Below are positions 51,322 through 63,330 of a DNA stretch of 64,000 bases, in pieces (the stretch's first letter is position 1; each line of letters begins with the position of its first letter). Below the pieces are notes generated by a model. It was not told the DNA's origin. It did no database searches and saw nothing but the letters and a program-made list of their open reading frames with translations. The stretch comes from an uncultured Alphaproteobacteria bacterium (GTDB lineage: Bacteria > Pseudomonadota > Alphaproteobacteria > CAIYWZ01): assembly GCA_964497925.1 (NCBI GenBank), contig CAZCFE010000005.1:21071-85070 (forward strand). The letters are read 5' to 3'. The position numbers were made by a program, and so were the translations under genes.

Positions 51322-51346
51322 TATTGCTGTAAACTTAATTAGAAAC

Positions 51347-51772
51347 TTAAGCAGCCACTACTTCAACGCTTTTTTGAGCGCCGTCAGCAGAAGGGCCTGT
51401 CCCTTTTGCTGATACATCGCGATCAACAAACTCAATAACAGCCATTGGAGCCATATCACCATAACGGAAACCCGCCTTGATAATTCTAACATAACCCCCT
51501 GGTCTATTTTCGTAACGCTTTGCAAGAACATTAAAAAGTTTTCTTGCAAGATCATTGCAGCCAAGCTGAGCTGAAATTGTTCTGATGTTTGAAAGAGAAT
51601 TGGTACGAGCTTTCGTTACTAATTTCTCAATATATACTCTTAAATCTTTTGCTTTTGGCAAAGTTGTTGTTATTTGTTCATGCTGAATCAAAGCTCCAGC
51701 AAGGTTTGAAAAAAGAGCTTTACGATGCTCTGTTCTTCTGTTTAATTTTCTTCCTTTTATTCCATGACGCAT
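51347..51772 (-). CDS. rplQ: 50S ribosomal protein L17.
   Basis: N-terminus [20 protein letters not shown]. Confidence 0.93.
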   Translation of the reverse strand: MRHGIKGRKLNRRTEHRKALFSNLAGALIQHEQITTTLPKAKDLRVYIEKLVTKARTNSLSNIRTISAQLGCNDLARKLFNVLAKRYENRPGGYVRIIKAGFRYGDMAPMAVIEFVDRDVSAKGTGPSADGAQKSVEVVAA

Positions 51773-51790
51773 AATATATCTCCCACGTTC

Positions 51791-52810
51791 TTAATTAAAT
51801 GGTTCTTCAACTTTTTTAGCCAAATCTTCGATATTCTCAGGGGGCCAATCAGGAACATGCATTCCTAAGACCAATCCCATTTGAGTCAGAACTTCCTTGA
51901 TTTCATTCAAAGACTTGCGACCAAAGTTTGGTGTTTTCAACATTTCTTGCTCTGTTTTTTGAACAAGATCACCAATGTAAATGATATTATCATTTTTCAA
52001 GCAATTTGCAGATCTGACCGAAAGCTCAAGCTCATCAACCTTTTTAAGAAGATTCCGATTAAAAGAGAGAACTTCTTCTTCCTCCTCTATCACTTCAAGC
52101 TTTGGCTCGTCAAAATTAATGAAGATTTGAACTTGATCTTGCAAAATACGTGCAGCAAATGCAATAGCATCTTCTGGCGTTACGGTTTTATTTGTTTCGA
52201 TGCTCAATGACAATTTATCATAATCTGTACGCTGACCAACACGAGTGTTGTCAACCTTGTACGACACTCTTTTCACAGGAGAGAACAATGAGTCAATGGG
52301 GATGACACCAATTGCCATCTCTTCTTTACGATTCTGAGAAGCTGGAACATAGCCACGGCCAGTTTCAATCGTCAGCTCCATATTCAATTTTGACCCCGCA
52401 CCCACAGTGCAAATAACTTGATCTGGATTTAAAATTTCAACATCAGATCCAGAAACGATCATCTTAGCAGTCACAACACAAGGTCCATCTACCTTAATAG
52501 TCGCTTTTTTTGGAAATTCAGAATGGCAGGCAATAGCAAGATTCTTAATATTCAAAATAACATCACTTACATCTTCTTTGACGCCAGGAATTGTTGAAAA
52601 TTCATGCAAAACGCCCTCTATGTGAATAGATGTTACAGCAGCTCCCTGCAAAGAAGAAAGCAAAATACGCCGCAAGGAGTTACCTAAAGTCATACCATAC
52701 CCACGCTCCAAAGGCTCAACAACAACAGTTGCTTGAGTTTTTGGATCTTCGCCTGGATGAAGGATAACCCCAGCTGGCTTAATGAGTGTCTGCCAATTTT
52801 TATATATCAC
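51791..52810 (-). CDS. rpoA: DNA-directed RNA polymerase alpha subunit.
   Basis: 339 aa with N-terminal and C-terminal alpha domains. Confidence 0.95.
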   Translation of the reverse strand: MIYKNWQTLIKPAGVILHPGEDPKTQATVVVEPLERGYGMTLGNSLRRILLSSLQGAAVTSIHIEGVLHEFSTIPGVKEDVSDVILNIKNLAIACHSEFPKKATIKVDGPCVVTAKMIVSGSDVEILNPDQVICTVGAGSKLNMELTIETGRGYVPASQNRKEEMAIGVIPIDSLFSPVKRVSYKVDNTRVGQRTDYDKLSLSIETNKTVTPEDAIAFAARILQDQVQIFINFDEPKLEVIEEEEEVLSFNRNLLKKVDELELSVRSANCLKNDNIIYIGDLVQKTEQEMLKTPNFGRKSLNEIKEVLTQMGLVLGMHVPDWPPENIEDLAKKVEEPFN

Positions 52811-52867
52811 AGCAATCCCCTTAAAAATTAATAATTAAAACCTATAATATCAAATAACTTACGATAA

Positions 52868-53275
52868 TTACACACGACGACGCTTTGATGGACGGCATCC
52901 ATTGTGCGGAACAGGTGTAATATCACGTATTGATGTAATTGTCAAACCAACAGATTGAAGGGCACGCAATGCTGATTCGCGTCCAGTTCCAGGCCCCTTA
53001 ACTTCGACTTCCAATGTTTTTACGCCATGTTCCATAGCTTTACGGGCAACATCTTCGGCTGCCATCTGAGCCGCATAAGGTGTCGATTTTCTGGATCCCT
53101 TAAAACCAAGCAACCCTGAAGATGACCAGGAAATAGTGTTTCCCATGGGATCAGCAATTGTAATTACTGTATTGTTAAATGTGGCATTCACATGAGCAAC
53201 TGCAGCATGAATATTCTTTTTTTCGCGTCTACGGACACGTTGTACTGTTTTTTGAGCCATTTCTTTAATTCTCAC
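52868..53275 (-). CDS. rpsK: 30S ribosomal protein S11.
   Basis: Conserved S11 sequence. Confidence 0.95.
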   Translation of the reverse strand: MRIKEMAQKTVQRVRRREKKNIHAAVAHVNATFNNTVITIADPMGNTISWSSSGLLGFKGSRKSTPYAAQMAAEDVARKAMEHGVKTLEVEVKGPGTGRESALRALQSVGLTITSIRDITPVPHNGCRPSKRRRV

Positions 53276-53290
53276 CTTTTTTAAAAAGTT

Positions 53291-53659
53291 TTACTTTTTC
53301 TTACCAGCGATAGAAACCGCCTTGCCTTTACGTGTTCGAGCATTTGTATGCGTTCTTTGACCTCGCACTGGAAGCCCTTTACGATGACGCAATCCACGGT
53401 AACATCCCAAGTCCATCAAACGCTTAATGTTTATCGCAACCTCACGACGCAAATCACCTTCAACTTGATATTCTTTATCAATTGCTTCACGAATTTTTAA
53501 AATCTCATCATCACTTAATTGGTTCACTCTTTTACTGTCAGCTATTCCAACTTTTTGACAAATTTCTTTCGCTTTTACTGAGCCTATCCCATAAATATAC
53601 TGTAATCCAATGATTACTCGCTTTTGAGTAGGAATATTAACACCTGCTATACGAGCCAC
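53291..53659 (-). CDS. rpsM: 30S ribosomal protein S13.
   Basis: N-terminus [10 protein letters not shown]. It uses a GTG start with GGAG upstream. Confidence 0.95.
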   Translation of the reverse strand: MARIAGVNIPTQKRVIIGLQYIYGIGSVKAKEICQKVGIADSKRVNQLSDDEILKIREAIDKEYQVEGDLRREVAINIKRLMDLGCYRGLRHRKGLPVRGQRTHTNARTRKGKAVSIAGKKK

Positions 53660-53742
53660 TACGCCGTCTCCTTAAAAATTAATTAATTTACAAAATTATA
53701 ACATATTTATTGTCATTTACCATAAAAGTCAAGCTTAATCTT

Positions 53743-54381
53743 TTACAAATATGATGAAATGCTCTCCCAAACCTTATCGTTAGATAAAGATCCATCTATT
53801 TCAACAAGGATTTTATCGCCTTTAAAGCAGATAATGATTGGCCCCGCTGCGTCATGATACACTTTTAATCGATTTCGTACAGTTACCTCGTCATCATCTG
53901 CACGAATGCTTAAATTCGTATCGCAAACATCACAAACTCCCTCTTTTTTTGGAGGAATTGTAATCTTATTATAAACTGAAAAACAACTAGAACAGACCAT
54001 TCTTTGAACAGCCCTATGCACAATCACTTCATCAGCCACATTTATATTAAAAACCTTTTTTAAACTTGTGTCAAATTTTTGCAAAAGTTTTTTTAATAGC
54101 TCTACTTGATTGACTGTTCTTGGAAAACCATCAAAAACTATTTTTTCTTTATCTGGAAGAGATTTCACTTTTTCTTCCAATAAAGAAAAAACAAGCTCAT
54201 CAGGGACATATTGGCCTAATTCCATAAGGGATCTCACATTTCTCCCTAATTCTGTGCCCGCAGCAATTTCACTCCTTAACAAATCCCCCGTTGCCAAATG
54301 AACATAAGAGAGATTTGTCACAAAATTTTTAGCTTGCGTCCCCTTCCCACTCCCAGGCGCACCAAGCAAAACAACAGGCAT
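53743..54381 (-). CDS. adk: Adenylate kinase.
   Basis: P-loop GAPGSGKGTQ and a Cys4 lid (CSSC...CDVC). Confidence 0.9.
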   Translation of the reverse strand: MPVVLLGAPGSGKGTQAKNFVTNLSYVHLATGDLLRSEIAAGTELGRNVRSLMELGQYVPDELVFSLLEEKVKSLPDKEKIVFDGFPRTVNQVELLKKLLQKFDTSLKKVFNINVADEVIVHRAVQRMVCSSCFSVYNKITIPPKKEGVCDVCDTNLSIRADDDEVTVRNRLKVYHDAAGPIIICFKGDKILVEIDGSLSNDKVWESISSYL

Positions 54382-55727
54382 TAGGAAATTCTCCCCTTTA
54401 ATTTAGTCTTCTTCAAAAGCCCTTCATACTGATGAGCTAATAAATGGGAATGAACCTGAGCCACTGTATCCATCGTAACGCTCACAACGATCAACAAGCT
54501 TGTTCCGCCAAAATAAAACGGAGCTGAAGATTGAGAAATGAAAATTTCAGGCATCACACACACAGCCGCAATATAAACCGCACCAAGAACGGTAACACGC
54601 GTTAAAACATAATCCAAATAATGAGCTGTTGCCTCTCCAGGGCGAATCCCCAAAACAAACCCGCCATTTTTTCTCAAATTTTCAGCAACATCTTGCGAGT
54701 TGAACATAATCGCAGTGTAAACAAATGCGAAAAATATAATCATCGTCAAGTAAATTGCGATATACAATGGCTGGCCATGCCCTAAATATAACGCTATAGT
54801 TCCCAAGACCCCAGAAGAAGCCGTAGCTGAAAATCCTGTTAAGGTCGCTGGAAAGGACAGTAATGCACTAGCAAAAATTGGCGGTATAACCCCGGCTGTA
54901 TTGATTTTAAGAGGCAAATGAGAAGATTCTCCTCCAGACATCTTGCCGCCCATTTGACGTTTTGGGTATTGAATTGGTATCTTTCTTTGAGCTTTTTCCA
55001 TAAAGATAATAAACAAAACCACAGCAGTGATCATTAAAACTAACATCAAAATAAATAAGACACTAATCGCGCCCGTTCTTCCAAGCTCCAATGTTCGAGC
55101 CACGGCGCCAAGAAGGCCTGAAACAATCCCTGCAAAAATAATTAAAGAAGTCCCTTGGCCAATTCCACGAGAAGTTATTTGTTCCCCAAGCCACACAAGA
55201 AATAAAGTTCCGCCAACAATGGACACAACAGAAGAAATGCGGAAAACAAAACCAGGGATCAAAACCGGCGAAACCCCCATTCCCCCTTGTGCATGTTCTA
55301 AACCAACAGACAGTGCATAGGCCTGCAACACGCCAAGAAAAACAGTTCCATATCTGGTGTACTGGTTAATTTTTTTACGTCCAGCTTCACCTTCCTTTTT
55401 CAACGCCTCAAGAGTTGGGGAAATGGTCGTAAAAAGCTGAATAATAATACTTGCAGAAATATAAGGAGCAAGCTGTAGAGCAAAAATACTCATACGGCTT
55501 AAGGCCCCTCCAGAGAGAATATCGAACATCTCTAAGAAACCTTGGTTTCCTTTTGAGGCAATTTCTTGCATAATCTGAGGATCAATCCCAGGCAAAGGTA
55601 TGTATGACCCGAAACGGAAAATAACCAAAGCAAACAAAGTAAACCACAATCTTTTCTTCAATTCATGCGCATTTGAAAATGCTTTAAAGCTTACATTTGC
55701 CGCTAATTGTTCCGCTGCTGACGCCAT
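54381..55727 (-). CDS. secY: Protein translocase subunit SecY.
   Basis: 448 aa with 10 TM helices. Confidence 0.95.
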   Translation of the reverse strand: MASAAEQLAANVSFKAFSNAHELKKRLWFTLFALVIFRFGSYIPLPGIDPQIMQEIASKGNQGFLEMFDILSGGALSRMSIFALQLAPYISASIIIQLFTTISPTLEALKKEGEAGRKKINQYTRYGTVFLGVLQAYALSVGLEHAQGGMGVSPVLIPGFVFRISSVVSIVGGTLFLVWLGEQITSRGIGQGTSLIIFAGIVSGLLGAVARTLELGRTGAISVLFILMLVLMITAVVLFIIFMEKAQRKIPIQYPKRQMGGKMSGGESSHLPLKINTAGVIPPIFASALLSFPATLTGFSATASSGVLGTIALYLGHGQPLYIAIYLTMIIFFAFVYTAIMFNSQDVAENLRKNGGFVLGIRPGEATAHYLDYVLTRVTVLGAVYIAAVCVMPEIFISQSSAPFYFGGTSLLIVVSVTMDTVAQVHSHLLAHQYEGLLKKTKLKGRIS

Positions 55728-55739
55728 ACTCTCACCTTC

Positions 55740-56204
55740 TTATTTTTTTGAATGAACTTCAACGCTTCCGCCTAGCTTGGACACAACTTCAATAGCTGAC
55801 TTTGTAGCCCCAGTAACCAGAATATTTACTTTTGATCTAAGCTCACCTTTTCCAAGAAGCCTAATACCATCAAGTAAACGTCTCACAACACCTGTCTCAA
55901 CCAACAAAGCTTCTGTGATCGGCTTAGAAATATCTAGTTTTCCAGAATCAATTGCAGCTTGAACAGTTTGCAAATTAATTTGCGCATATTCTTTAGCAAA
56001 GATATTTGTAAAACCACGCTTTGGCAAACGCCTATAGAGCGGCATTTGACCACCTTCAAAACCACCAATAGCGACACCGCTTCTTGATTTTTGACCTTTT
56101 TGCCCCTTGCCGCAAGTTTTACCAAGCCCGGAACCCACTCCACGACCGACACGCACGCGTGTTTTTGTCGCTCCAAAATTATCTTTAATTTCATTCAGCT
56201 TCAT
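55740..56204 (-). CDS. rplO: 50S ribosomal protein L15.
   Basis: Gly-rich N-terminus [17 protein letters not shown]. Confidence 0.93.
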   Translation of the reverse strand: MKLNEIKDNFGATKTRVRVGRGVGSGLGKTCGKGQKGQKSRSGVAIGGFEGGQMPLYRRLPKRGFTNIFAKEYAQINLQTVQAAIDSGKLDISKPITEALLVETGVVRRLLDGIRLLGKGELRSKVNILVTGATKSAIEVVSKLGGSVEVHSKK

Positions 56205-56215
56205 TGTAAAACCTC

Positions 56216-56413
56216 TTAATCTTTAATATGATCGACGCGGACCATATGCCTTACTTTATCAATCATCCCTCTCACAGAAGGAGTATCCTCAAGAACACGT
56301 TGACGCGACATTTTGTTTAACCCCAAACCAATAAGTATGGCTCTTTGATAAGCTTGCCTTCTAATTGGGCTTCCTGTTTGCGTTACGCAAATCATTTTTT
56401 GATCTTTATTCAT
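56216..56413 (-). CDS. rpmD: 50S ribosomal protein L30.
   Basis: 65 aa, with L30 position and sequence. Confidence 0.85.
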   Translation of the reverse strand: MNKDQKMICVTQTGSPIRRQAYQRAILIGLGLNKMSRQRVLEDTPSVRGMIDKVRHMVRVDHIKD

Positions 56414-56414
56414 T

Positions 56415-56984
56415 TTACGCTCCTACAACTTCAGCTGATGCTGCAGCTTGATGACCATCACGACGAGCAATCAAATCTGTCACCTTTACACCACGTCTTG
56501 CAGCGACTGCGCGCGGAGAAGAAACGCTTCTCAATGCCTCAAAAGTTGCTCTTACCATATTATGCGGATTGGACGTTCCAACTGATTTTGAAACGACATC
56601 ATGCATTCCTAAAGCTTCAAAAATGGCACGCATCGCACCACCTGCAATAATTCCAGTACCTGGAACAGCTGCTCGAAGAACAACATTTCCTGCACCAAAG
56701 CCACCCTTCACATCATGATGAAGCGTGCGCCCTTCCTTTAACGGGATTTTAATCATAGCTTTACGAGCTTTTTCTGTCGCTTTACGAACAGCATCAGGGA
56801 CTTCTTTTGCTTTTCCTGTTCCGTAACCAACACGGCCTCTGCCGTCTCCCACTACCACCAAAGCGGAGAAACCAAATCTCTTACCGCCTTTTACTACTTT
56901 AGCTACGCGATTTACGCTTACTAATTTTTCAATTAAATCAGACTCTTCGCGAACAGCTTTTTCTGAATTTGGATTTCTTGACAT
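56415..56984 (-). CDS. rpsE: 30S ribosomal protein S5.
   Basis: Conserved S5 sequence. Confidence 0.95.
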   Translation of the reverse strand: MSRNPNSEKAVREESDLIEKLVSVNRVAKVVKGGKRFGFSALVVVGDGRGRVGYGTGKAKEVPDAVRKATEKARKAMIKIPLKEGRTLHHDVKGGFGAGNVVLRAAVPGTGIIAGGAMRAIFEALGMHDVVSKSVGTSNPHNMVRATFEALRSVSSPRAVAARRGVKVTDLIARRDGHQAAASAEVVGA

Positions 56985-57001
56985 TCTACTATTTCCTTAA
57001 T

Positions 57002-57364
57002 TTAGAATACTAACCCATGTTCTCTAGCTGCATCAGCAAGAGCTTTAACACGACCATGATACAAATAACCACCTCTATCAAAAATGATCTCTTTTGCGCC
57101 TTTTTCGATTGCACGCTTTGCGATCAATTTTCCAACTTCAGCAGCCGCGGCCTTATCGCCACCAGTTTTCAAAGTTGCACTCAATTCTTTATCCACGGTT
57201 GAAGCGGATACGATTGTCGCTCTTTTAGCATCATCGATCAATTGAGCATAGATGTTTTTGTTCGAGCGAAAGACAGATAATCTCAATTTCCCATTGGCCG
57301 CAGCACGCAATCTGATTCTAACACGAGATTGCCTGCGATAAAAATTTTCTTTTATTTTCTTCAT
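57002..57364 (-). CDS. rplR: 50S ribosomal protein L18.
   Basis: Conserved L18 sequence. Confidence 0.93.
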   Translation of the reverse strand: MKKIKENFYRRQSRVRIRLRAAANGKLRLSVFRSNKNIYAQLIDDAKRATIVSASTVDKELSATLKTGGDKAAAAEVGKLIAKRAIEKGAKEIIFDRGGYLYHGRVKALADAAREHGLVF

Positions 57365-57373
57365 AACACCCTA

Positions 57374-57907
57374 CTATTTCTTCTTACCTTCTTTACGCAA
57401 AACAAATTCGTTTTCGCGCTTGATACCCTTGCCCTTATATGGTTCCGGCGGTCTGTAGCTACGAATAACCGCAGCCACTTGGCCAATAACTTGCTTGTTA
57501 GATCCAGAAATAGAAATCGCTGTTGGCTTTTCACACTTAATAGAAACACCTGCTGGTGGTTCAAATCTAACATCATGACTGTACCCAAGCTGCAAAACCA
57601 AAATTTTTCCTTCCATCGCAGCACGATAACCAACACCATTAATTTCAAGATTCATAGTGTATCCTTTTGACACACCGTGAACCATATTGCTAATTAACGC
57701 TCTTGTTGTTCCCCACATAGTGCGGCCTGTTTTATCCTTAATTTTAGGATTCACCAAAACCGAACCATTTTCAATCTGAATAACAACTGCATCAGAAACG
57801 CCATAAACAAGTTCCCCAAGAGGCCCCTTGGCCTTGAAGATTCCATTATCAAGCTTACATTCAACTCCTGCGGGAATGCTTACCGGTAATTTTCCTACAC
57901 GTGACAT
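57374..57907 (-). CDS. rplF: 50S ribosomal protein L6.
   Basis: The start at 57907 gives MSRVGKLPVSIP. The listed ORF extends into rpsH. Confidence 0.92.
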   Translation of the reverse strand: MSRVGKLPVSIPAGVECKLDNGIFKAKGPLGELVYGVSDAVVIQIENGSVLVNPKIKDKTGRTMWGTTRALISNMVHGVSKGYTMNLEINGVGYRAAMEGKILVLQLGYSHDVRFEPPAGVSIKCEKPTAISISGSNKQVIGQVAAVIRSYRPPEPYKGKGIKRENEFVLRKEGKKK

Positions 57908-57920
57908 TTTCACCCCACCC

Positions 57921-58319
57921 TTAAAATACGTTGCACAAGATTTCGCCGCCAACATTGGCTTTTCTAGCTTCATGATCAGCCATCACACCACGTGGAGTTG
58001 ATAAAATTGAGATACCCAATCCGTTATAGAACTTTGGCAATTCTTTAACCCCAGAATAAACACGACGACCAGGTTTGGACACGCGCTTAACTTCATGAAT
58101 CGCAGGTTGACCATCTTGATACTTCAATTCAATTACGATTTCTTCAATATTTTTTCTAATTTCTTTTACACTATACTCGCGAATAAAGCCTTCAGACTTT
58201 AAAACGTCCAAAACCATTCTTCTAAGATTAGAATTTGGGCAGTGAACCACACTGTGACGAGCCTTGTGAGCATTTCGGATACGAGTTAACATATCTCCGA
58301 TTGGATCATTAAAAGACAT
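57921..58319 (-). CDS. rpsH: 30S ribosomal protein S8.
   Basis: N-terminus [17 protein letters not shown]. Confidence 0.95.
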   Translation of the reverse strand: MSFNDPIGDMLTRIRNAHKARHSVVHCPNSNLRRMVLDVLKSEGFIREYSVKEIRKNIEEIVIELKYQDGQPAIHEVKRVSKPGRRVYSGVKELPKFYNGLGISILSTPRGVMADHEARKANVGGEILCNVF

Positions 58320-58331
58320 ATTTTAACTCCC

Positions 58332-58637
58332 TTACCAACTTGACTTTACGATACCTGGGATCATACCATTTGATGCCAGATCTCTAAAAGCTATACGACT
58401 TAGCTTAAATTTTCTATAAACGCCTCTTGAACGCCCTGTCAACTCGCAACGATTACGAATTCGAACTTTTGCAGAGTTTCTAGAGATTTCAGAAAGTTTT
58501 ATAACTGCTTTGAATCTTTCTTCAGCAGGAACTTGCTTATCCATAATCACGGATTTGAGCTTAGCCCTTGCGATTTCCTTTCCGGAAACCATTCTTCTGC
58601 GACGATTGTTTTTTTCAACAGAACTTAATTTTGACAT
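58332..58637 (-). CDS. rpsN: 30S ribosomal protein S14 (long form).
   Basis: 101 aa with the C-terminus characteristic of long-form S14. Confidence 0.93.
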   Translation of the reverse strand: MSKLSSVEKNNRRRRMVSGKEIARAKLKSVIMDKQVPAEERFKAVIKLSEISRNSAKVRIRNRCELTGRSRGVYRKFKLSRIAFRDLASNGMIPGIVKSSW

Positions 58638-58649
58638 ACTTTCCTCACT

Positions 58650-59189
58650 TTACTTTATAAAAGGCATGTTAAAGCCTTTGAGCAAAGCTCTGGCTTCATC
58701 ATCAGTTTTTGCAGTCGTAACAATAACAATGTCCATACCGCGAACCTGATCAATTTTATCATAATCAATTTCAGGAAAAATTAATTGCTCTTTAATACCA
58801 AAAGCATAGTTACCATTACCATCAAATCCTTTGGGAGAAACACCACGGAAATCTCGAATTCTAGGCATAGCAATATTAACAAGACGATCTAAAAATTCAA
58901 ACATTTTAGCTTTTCTTAAAGTTACCTTCACACCTAAGGCCATACCTTCACGCACCTTAAACCCGGCGATACTTTTCTTTGCCTTTGTCACAACAGGCTT
59001 TTGACCTGAAATCAAAGTCATATCAGCTACCGCAAATTGAATTTTCTTGCTATCACCTACAGCATCTCCAACTCCCATGTTTAGGACGATTTTTTCAATA
59101 CGGGGTGTAGAGAATGCATTTTTATAACCAAATTCTTTAATCAAGGCTGGCTTAATCACATTTTCAAAATTTTCTTTTAAACGTGTCAT
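58650..59189 (-). CDS. rplE: 50S ribosomal protein L5.
   Basis: The start at 59189 gives [14 protein letters not shown]. The listed ORF overlaps rplX by 83 nt. Confidence 0.92.
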   Translation of the reverse strand: MTRLKENFENVIKPALIKEFGYKNAFSTPRIEKIVLNMGVGDAVGDSKKIQFAVADMTLISGQKPVVTKAKKSIAGFKVREGMALGVKVTLRKAKMFEFLDRLVNIAMPRIRDFRGVSPKGFDGNGNYAFGIKEQLIFPEIDYDKIDQVRGMDIVIVTTAKTDDEARALLKGFNMPFIK

Positions 59190-59190
59190 T

Positions 59191-59526
59191 TTAAGCTCCT
59201 TGTGCAATAATTTGGGCGCCGGTTTTTTTAGAAACGCGAACTTTTTGACCATCTTTAACTTCGACGCCAACACGCGTTGGCTTATTTACTGTGGGATCAA
59301 TCAACATAACATTTGACACATGGATAGATGACTCTTTTGAAATAATTCCACCAGAAGGATTTTCTCTGTTTGCCTTCATGTGACGCTTGACCATCATTAC
59401 GCCCTCAACGATCAATCTGTCATCTTCACGTAACACTCTAGAAACTTTTCCTTGTTTCCCTTTATCCTTACCAGTTATAACTTGAACGAGATCTCCTTTT
59501 CGGATTCTCCAACGACGTTTTTCCAT
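59191..59526 (-). CDS. rplX: 50S ribosomal protein L24.
   Basis: KOW motif. Confidence 0.93.
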   Translation of the reverse strand: MEKRRWRIRKGDLVQVITGKDKGKQGKVSRVLREDDRLIVEGVMMVKRHMKANRENPSGGIISKESSIHVSNVMLIDPTVNKPTRVGVEVKDGQKVRVSKKTGAQIIAQGA

Positions 59527-59894
59527 TATAATACCTCCGGCGCTAATGAAATAATCTTCATATATCCTTTTCCTCGCAATTCACGAGTCACAGGACCAAA
59601 AATACGTGTTCCAATTGGCTCACCCTGCTTATTAATAAGCACAGCGGCATTCACATCAAAACGAATAGCTGAACCGTCAGATCTTTTTACAGCCTGAGCA
59701 GTACGCACGATCACAGCACGAAGAACATCGCCCTTCTTAACACGACCTTGCGGGATAGCATCTTTGACAGAAACAACAATCACGTCACCAACGCTTGCGT
59801 TCTTTCTTTTGCTTCCACCAAGCACTTTGATGCACTGGACCCGACGAGCACCGGAGTTATCTGCAACATCCAGGTTAGTTTGCATCTGAATCAT
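59526..59894 (-). CDS. rplN: 50S ribosomal protein L14.
   Basis: Conserved L14 sequence. Confidence 0.95.
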   Translation of the reverse strand: MIQMQTNLDVADNSGARRVQCIKVLGGSKRKNASVGDVIVVSVKDAIPQGRVKKGDVLRAVIVRTAQAVKRSDGSAIRFDVNAAVLINKQGEPIGTRIFGPVTRELRGKGYMKIISLAPEVL

Positions 59895-59922
59895 AGTAAT
59901 ACCTCTTAAATATTATTAAAAA

Positions 59923-60171
59923 TTAATTTGAAACGATTTGTTCTTCAACAAACGTTTCCCAGCATTTTGTCTTGGAAATTGGCCTGCACTCACGAATACG
60001 AACAATTTCTCCAATCTTATACTGGTTGTTTTCATCATGAGCCGAAAATTTCTTCGACTTTGTGATATACTTCTTGTAAACCGGATGTTCAACGCGACGC
60101 TGAACCCTGACTACAATCGTCTTATCGCCCTTATCACTAACAACGACACCTTGTAAAATACGACGTGGCAT
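59923..60171 (-). CDS. rpsQ: 30S ribosomal protein S17.
   Basis: Conserved S17 sequence. Confidence 0.93.
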   Translation of the reverse strand: MPRRILQGVVVSDKGDKTIVVRVQRRVEHPVYKKYITKSKKFSAHDENNQYKIGEIVRIRECRPISKTKCWETFVEEQIVSN

Positions 60172-60189
60172 ATAACCTCTCCTTTTCCT

Positions 60190-60384
60190 TTAACTGCTCT
60201 TACGCATAACTGTCTGTAAAGTCTTAATACGCGCAATTGTCTTTTTTGTCAAACGAAATTTAGAAGAATTTACATCTCCGCCCGTGGCTCTTTGAAATCT
60301 CAAGGCCATCAACTCTTTTTTACAATCCAGCAAAACCTTTTGTAAAGTTCCTGAATCCTTTGTTTTTAAATCAGCAAATTTCAT
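60190..60384 (-). CDS. rpmC: 50S ribosomal protein L29.
   Basis: The ATG at 60384 lies 1 nt after the rplP stop and gives MKFADLKTKD. The listed TTG at 60402 is inside rplP. Confidence 0.85.
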   Translation of the reverse strand: MKFADLKTKDSGTLQKVLLDCKKELMALRFQRATGGDVNSSKFRLTKKTIARIKTLQTVMRKSS

Positions 60385-60385
60385 T

Positions 60386-60805
60386 TTATGCCTCCATTCC
60401 AAGTCTTGTTACAAATCTTGTTTGAATCGGAAGTTTCGCGGATGCTAACTCAAAAGCTCTTTTAGCTAAATCAGGAGCAACGCCATCTAATTCAAAAAGA
60501 ATACGGCCAGGTTTTACACGGCAAACCCAGAATTCTGGGGTCCCTTTACCACTTCCCATACGAACCTCAGCAGGTTTTCTTGAAACTGGAACATCTGGGA
60601 AAATTCGAATCCAGACTCTTCCTGCACGACGAATATACCTAGTAATAGCTCGACGAGCAGATTCAATTTGACGAGCAGTAATACGCGCCGGTTCAACAGC
60701 CTTTAATCCATATGCCCCAAAATTCAAATCCGTGCCGCCTTTTGCTAAACCGTGGATACGACCTTTGTGAGCTTTTCTATATTTTGTACGCTTTGGACTT
60801 AACAT
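60386..60805 (-). CDS. rplP: 50S ribosomal protein L16.
   Basis: Conserved L16 sequence. Confidence 0.95.
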   Translation of the reverse strand: MLSPKRTKYRKAHKGRIHGLAKGGTDLNFGAYGLKAVEPARITARQIESARRAITRYIRRAGRVWIRIFPDVPVSRKPAEVRMGSGKGTPEFWVCRVKPGRILFELDGVAPDLAKRAFELASAKLPIQTRFVTRLGMEA

Positions 60806-60816
60806 TTCCTACACCT

Positions 60817-61488
60817 TTAATTCTTTGAATCTTGTGCACGCTTGTCCTTAGCCATAGGATCATGCACCATAATTTCACCCTTGAAAATCCAAACCTTAAC
60901 ACCATTGGCACCATAAGTGGTTTGCGCTGTTCCAACTCCATAATCAATATCTGCACGCAAAGTATGCAATGGGACTCTGCCTTCACGACTCCATTCCATT
61001 CTCGCAATTTCAGCGCCACCCAAGCGTCCAGAACAATTCACTCGAATCCCAAGAGCGCCGAGCTTCATAGCTGTTTGGATAGAACGCTTCATCGCACGAC
61101 GAAAGTTAACACGTCTTTCTAATTGCTGTGCGATACCTTCAGCTACCAATTTAGCATCTAATTCTGGCTTACGGACTTCTACGATATTCAAACTGACTTC
61201 TGCCCCAGCTATTTTGGAAAGATCAGACTTTAGTTTATCAATATCAGCTCCTTTCTTCCCAATAATGACGCCTGGCTTAGATGTGTAAATCGTAACGCGG
61301 GCTTTTTTTGCCGGCCTTTCAATGACAACTCTTGAAATTCCGGATTGCCCCAGAGTTTCAAATATATATTTTCTCAAGCGCAAGTCTTGATGAAGAAGAT
61401 CCGCATAGTCTTTCTTAGCAAACCAGCGCGAATCCCAGGTCCTGTTAATTCCTACACGAAGACCTATTGGATTTACTTTTTGTCCCAT
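60817..61488 (-). CDS. rpsC: 30S ribosomal protein S3.
   Basis: Conserved S3 sequence with a KH domain. Confidence 0.95.
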   Translation of the reverse strand: MGQKVNPIGLRVGINRTWDSRWFAKKDYADLLHQDLRLRKYIFETLGQSGISRVVIERPAKKARVTIYTSKPGVIIGKKGADIDKLKSDLSKIAGAEVSLNIVEVRKPELDAKLVAEGIAQQLERRVNFRRAMKRSIQTAMKLGALGIRVNCSGRLGGAEIARMEWSREGRVPLHTLRADIDYGVGTAQTTYGANGVKVWIFKGEIMVHDPMAKDKRAQDSKN

Positions 61489-61500
61489 TTCATACTCCCC

Positions 61501-61872
61501 TTACGCCATTTCCGTCACAACGAATGTGAGGTTGCTAAATTGTTTCTTGATGCTTCCTGCACGACCTTTTGCACGTGGCTGATGTCTCTTTAGAATAAAC
61601 TCTCTACCAACCCAAGCCTGAGTCACAAATAAGCGATCTACATCTAAGTTATGATTGTTTTCCGCATTTGCGATCACTGACCATAATGCTTTTTTAACAT
61701 CCACAGCAATTCTCTTCTTACAAAATGAAAGCTGTGCAAGAGCTTCCCCAACTGGTTTTCCGCGAACCAAATCCACGACCAATCCCAATTTTTGAGGAGA
61801 AACCCTGATAGATTTCAGCACTGTTTTTGCTGCCCAACTTGGCAATCTTTCTGTTGAATGTGCTCTACTCAT
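61501..61872 (-). CDS. rplV: 50S ribosomal protein L22.
   Basis: Conserved L22 sequence. Confidence 0.93.
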   Translation of the reverse strand: MSRAHSTERLPSWAAKTVLKSIRVSPQKLGLVVDLVRGKPVGEALAQLSFCKKRIAVDVKKALWSVIANAENNHNLDVDRLFVTQAWVGREFILKRHQPRAKGRAGSIKKQFSNLTFVVTEMA

Positions 61873-61875
61873 TTT

Positions 61876-62151
61876 TTACCTCTTCGCTTTCTTATCGGCC
61901 CCATGACCGTAATAAGTTCTTGTTGGTGAAAATTCACCAAACTTATGACCAATCATGTGCTCTGTCACAGAGACAGGAATGAATTTATGGCCATTATAAA
62001 CCCCAAATGTTAAACCAACAAACTGAGGTAAAATCGTTGAACGTCTTGACCAAATTTTAATAATCTCACGACGACCCGATGCACGCGACGTATCTGCCTT
62101 CTTGATAAGGTATCCATCAATGAAAGGACCTTTCCATACTGATCTTGCCAC
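61876..62151 (-). CDS. rpsS: 30S ribosomal protein S19.
   Basis: Conserved S19 sequence. Confidence 0.95.
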   Translation of the reverse strand: MARSVWKGPFIDGYLIKKADTSRASGRREIIKIWSRRSTILPQFVGLTFGVYNGHKFIPVSVTEHMIGHKFGEFSPTRTYYGHGADKKAKR

Positions 62152-62173
62152 TTTAGTTACTCCCTATACAATA

Positions 62174-62998
62174 TTACTTTTGACGCTTACGAATGATGTA
62201 CTTTGAGGTACTCTTATTCTTGCGTGTCTTTTTACCTTTAGTTGAGATACCCCATGGCGTAACTGGATGACGTCCACCGGATGTCTTACCTTCACCACCA
62301 CCGTGTGGATGGTCTACCGGGTTCATCGCAACCCCTCTAACAGATGGTCTACGGCCGAGCCAGCGAGAACGACCTGCCTTTCCAGAATTCACGTTTTTTT
62401 GATCTGGATTGGAAACAGCTCCAACAGTAGCACAACACTCAGAGCGTACAACACGAAGCTCTCCAGAAGGCATCTTTAACTGAGCATAAGCCCCATCACG
62501 ACCAACAATCTGAACATAAGATCCTGCAGAACGAGCCATTTGCCCACCTTTTCCAACCTTTAATTCAACATTGTGAACAATTGTTCCAACTGGGATGTTT
62601 TTCAAAGGAAGGCTGTTGCCTGGCTTAATATCAACCTTATCTCCAGAAATCAATCTGTCTCCAACCTTAAGTCTTTGTGGCGCAATGATATAATTTACTT
62701 CACCATCATCATACTTTATCAAAGCAATGAATGCTGTACGATTTGGATCGTATTCCAGTCTTTCAACTGTTGCAAATACATCTTTTTTTGTACGCATAAA
62801 ATCGATAATACGATATCTCTTTTTATGACCCCCACCAATGTGACGAGCAGTAATGCGACCATGATTGTTTCGACCACCGCTTTTTTTCAAGCCTACAGTC
62901 AAGGCTTTGAATGGTTTTCCTTTCCACAATTCAGCCTTACAAACAAGAACAAGATGCCTTCTTGATGGCGTGGTTGGATTAAACGTTTTTATGCTCAT
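62174..62998 (-). CDS. rplB: 50S ribosomal protein L2.
   Basis: Conserved L2 sequence. Confidence 0.95.
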   Translation of the reverse strand: MSIKTFNPTTPSRRHLVLVCKAELWKGKPFKALTVGLKKSGGRNNHGRITARHIGGGHKKRYRIIDFMRTKKDVFATVERLEYDPNRTAFIALIKYDDGEVNYIIAPQRLKVGDRLISGDKVDIKPGNSLPLKNIPVGTIVHNVELKVGKGGQMARSAGSYVQIVGRDGAYAQLKMPSGELRVVRSECCATVGAVSNPDQKNVNSGKAGRSRWLGRRPSVRGVAMNPVDHPHGGGEGKTSGGRHPVTPWGISTKGKKTRKNKSTSKYIIRKRQK

Positions 62999-63330
62999 TT
63001 TACAACTCCCGCGGTTACGTCAATGGAATGACCATCGTTCAATGTCACAATCGCACGCTTAACATCTGAATGCGAGCCAGGTCTCCCCTTAAATCGTACA
63101 TTTTTTCCTTTTCTGACCAAAGTATTCACGTTCTTTACTTTTACACCAAAAAGAGTTTCAATTGCAATTTGAATTTCTGATTTTGTTGCGCAAGATGAAA
63201 CGTTGAACACAATTTTATTTTGCTCTGACGCATCTGTTGATTTTTCTGTAACAACAGGAGCAACAATAATGTCATACATTCTTTCCATTGAAGGAATAAC
63301 TTTTCTTAATTTTGGACGAAAAACAGTCAT
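62995..63330 (-). CDS. rplW: 50S ribosomal protein L23.
   Basis: Conserved core [10 protein letters not shown]. The start may instead be at 63288 (MERMYD...), which would give about 97 aa. Confidence 0.88.
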   Translation of the reverse strand: MTVFRPKLRKVIPSMERMYDIIVAPVVTEKSTDASEQNKIVFNVSSCATKSEIQIAIETLFGVKVKNVNTLVRKGKNVRFKGRPGSHSDVKRAIVTLNDGHSIDVTAGVVK

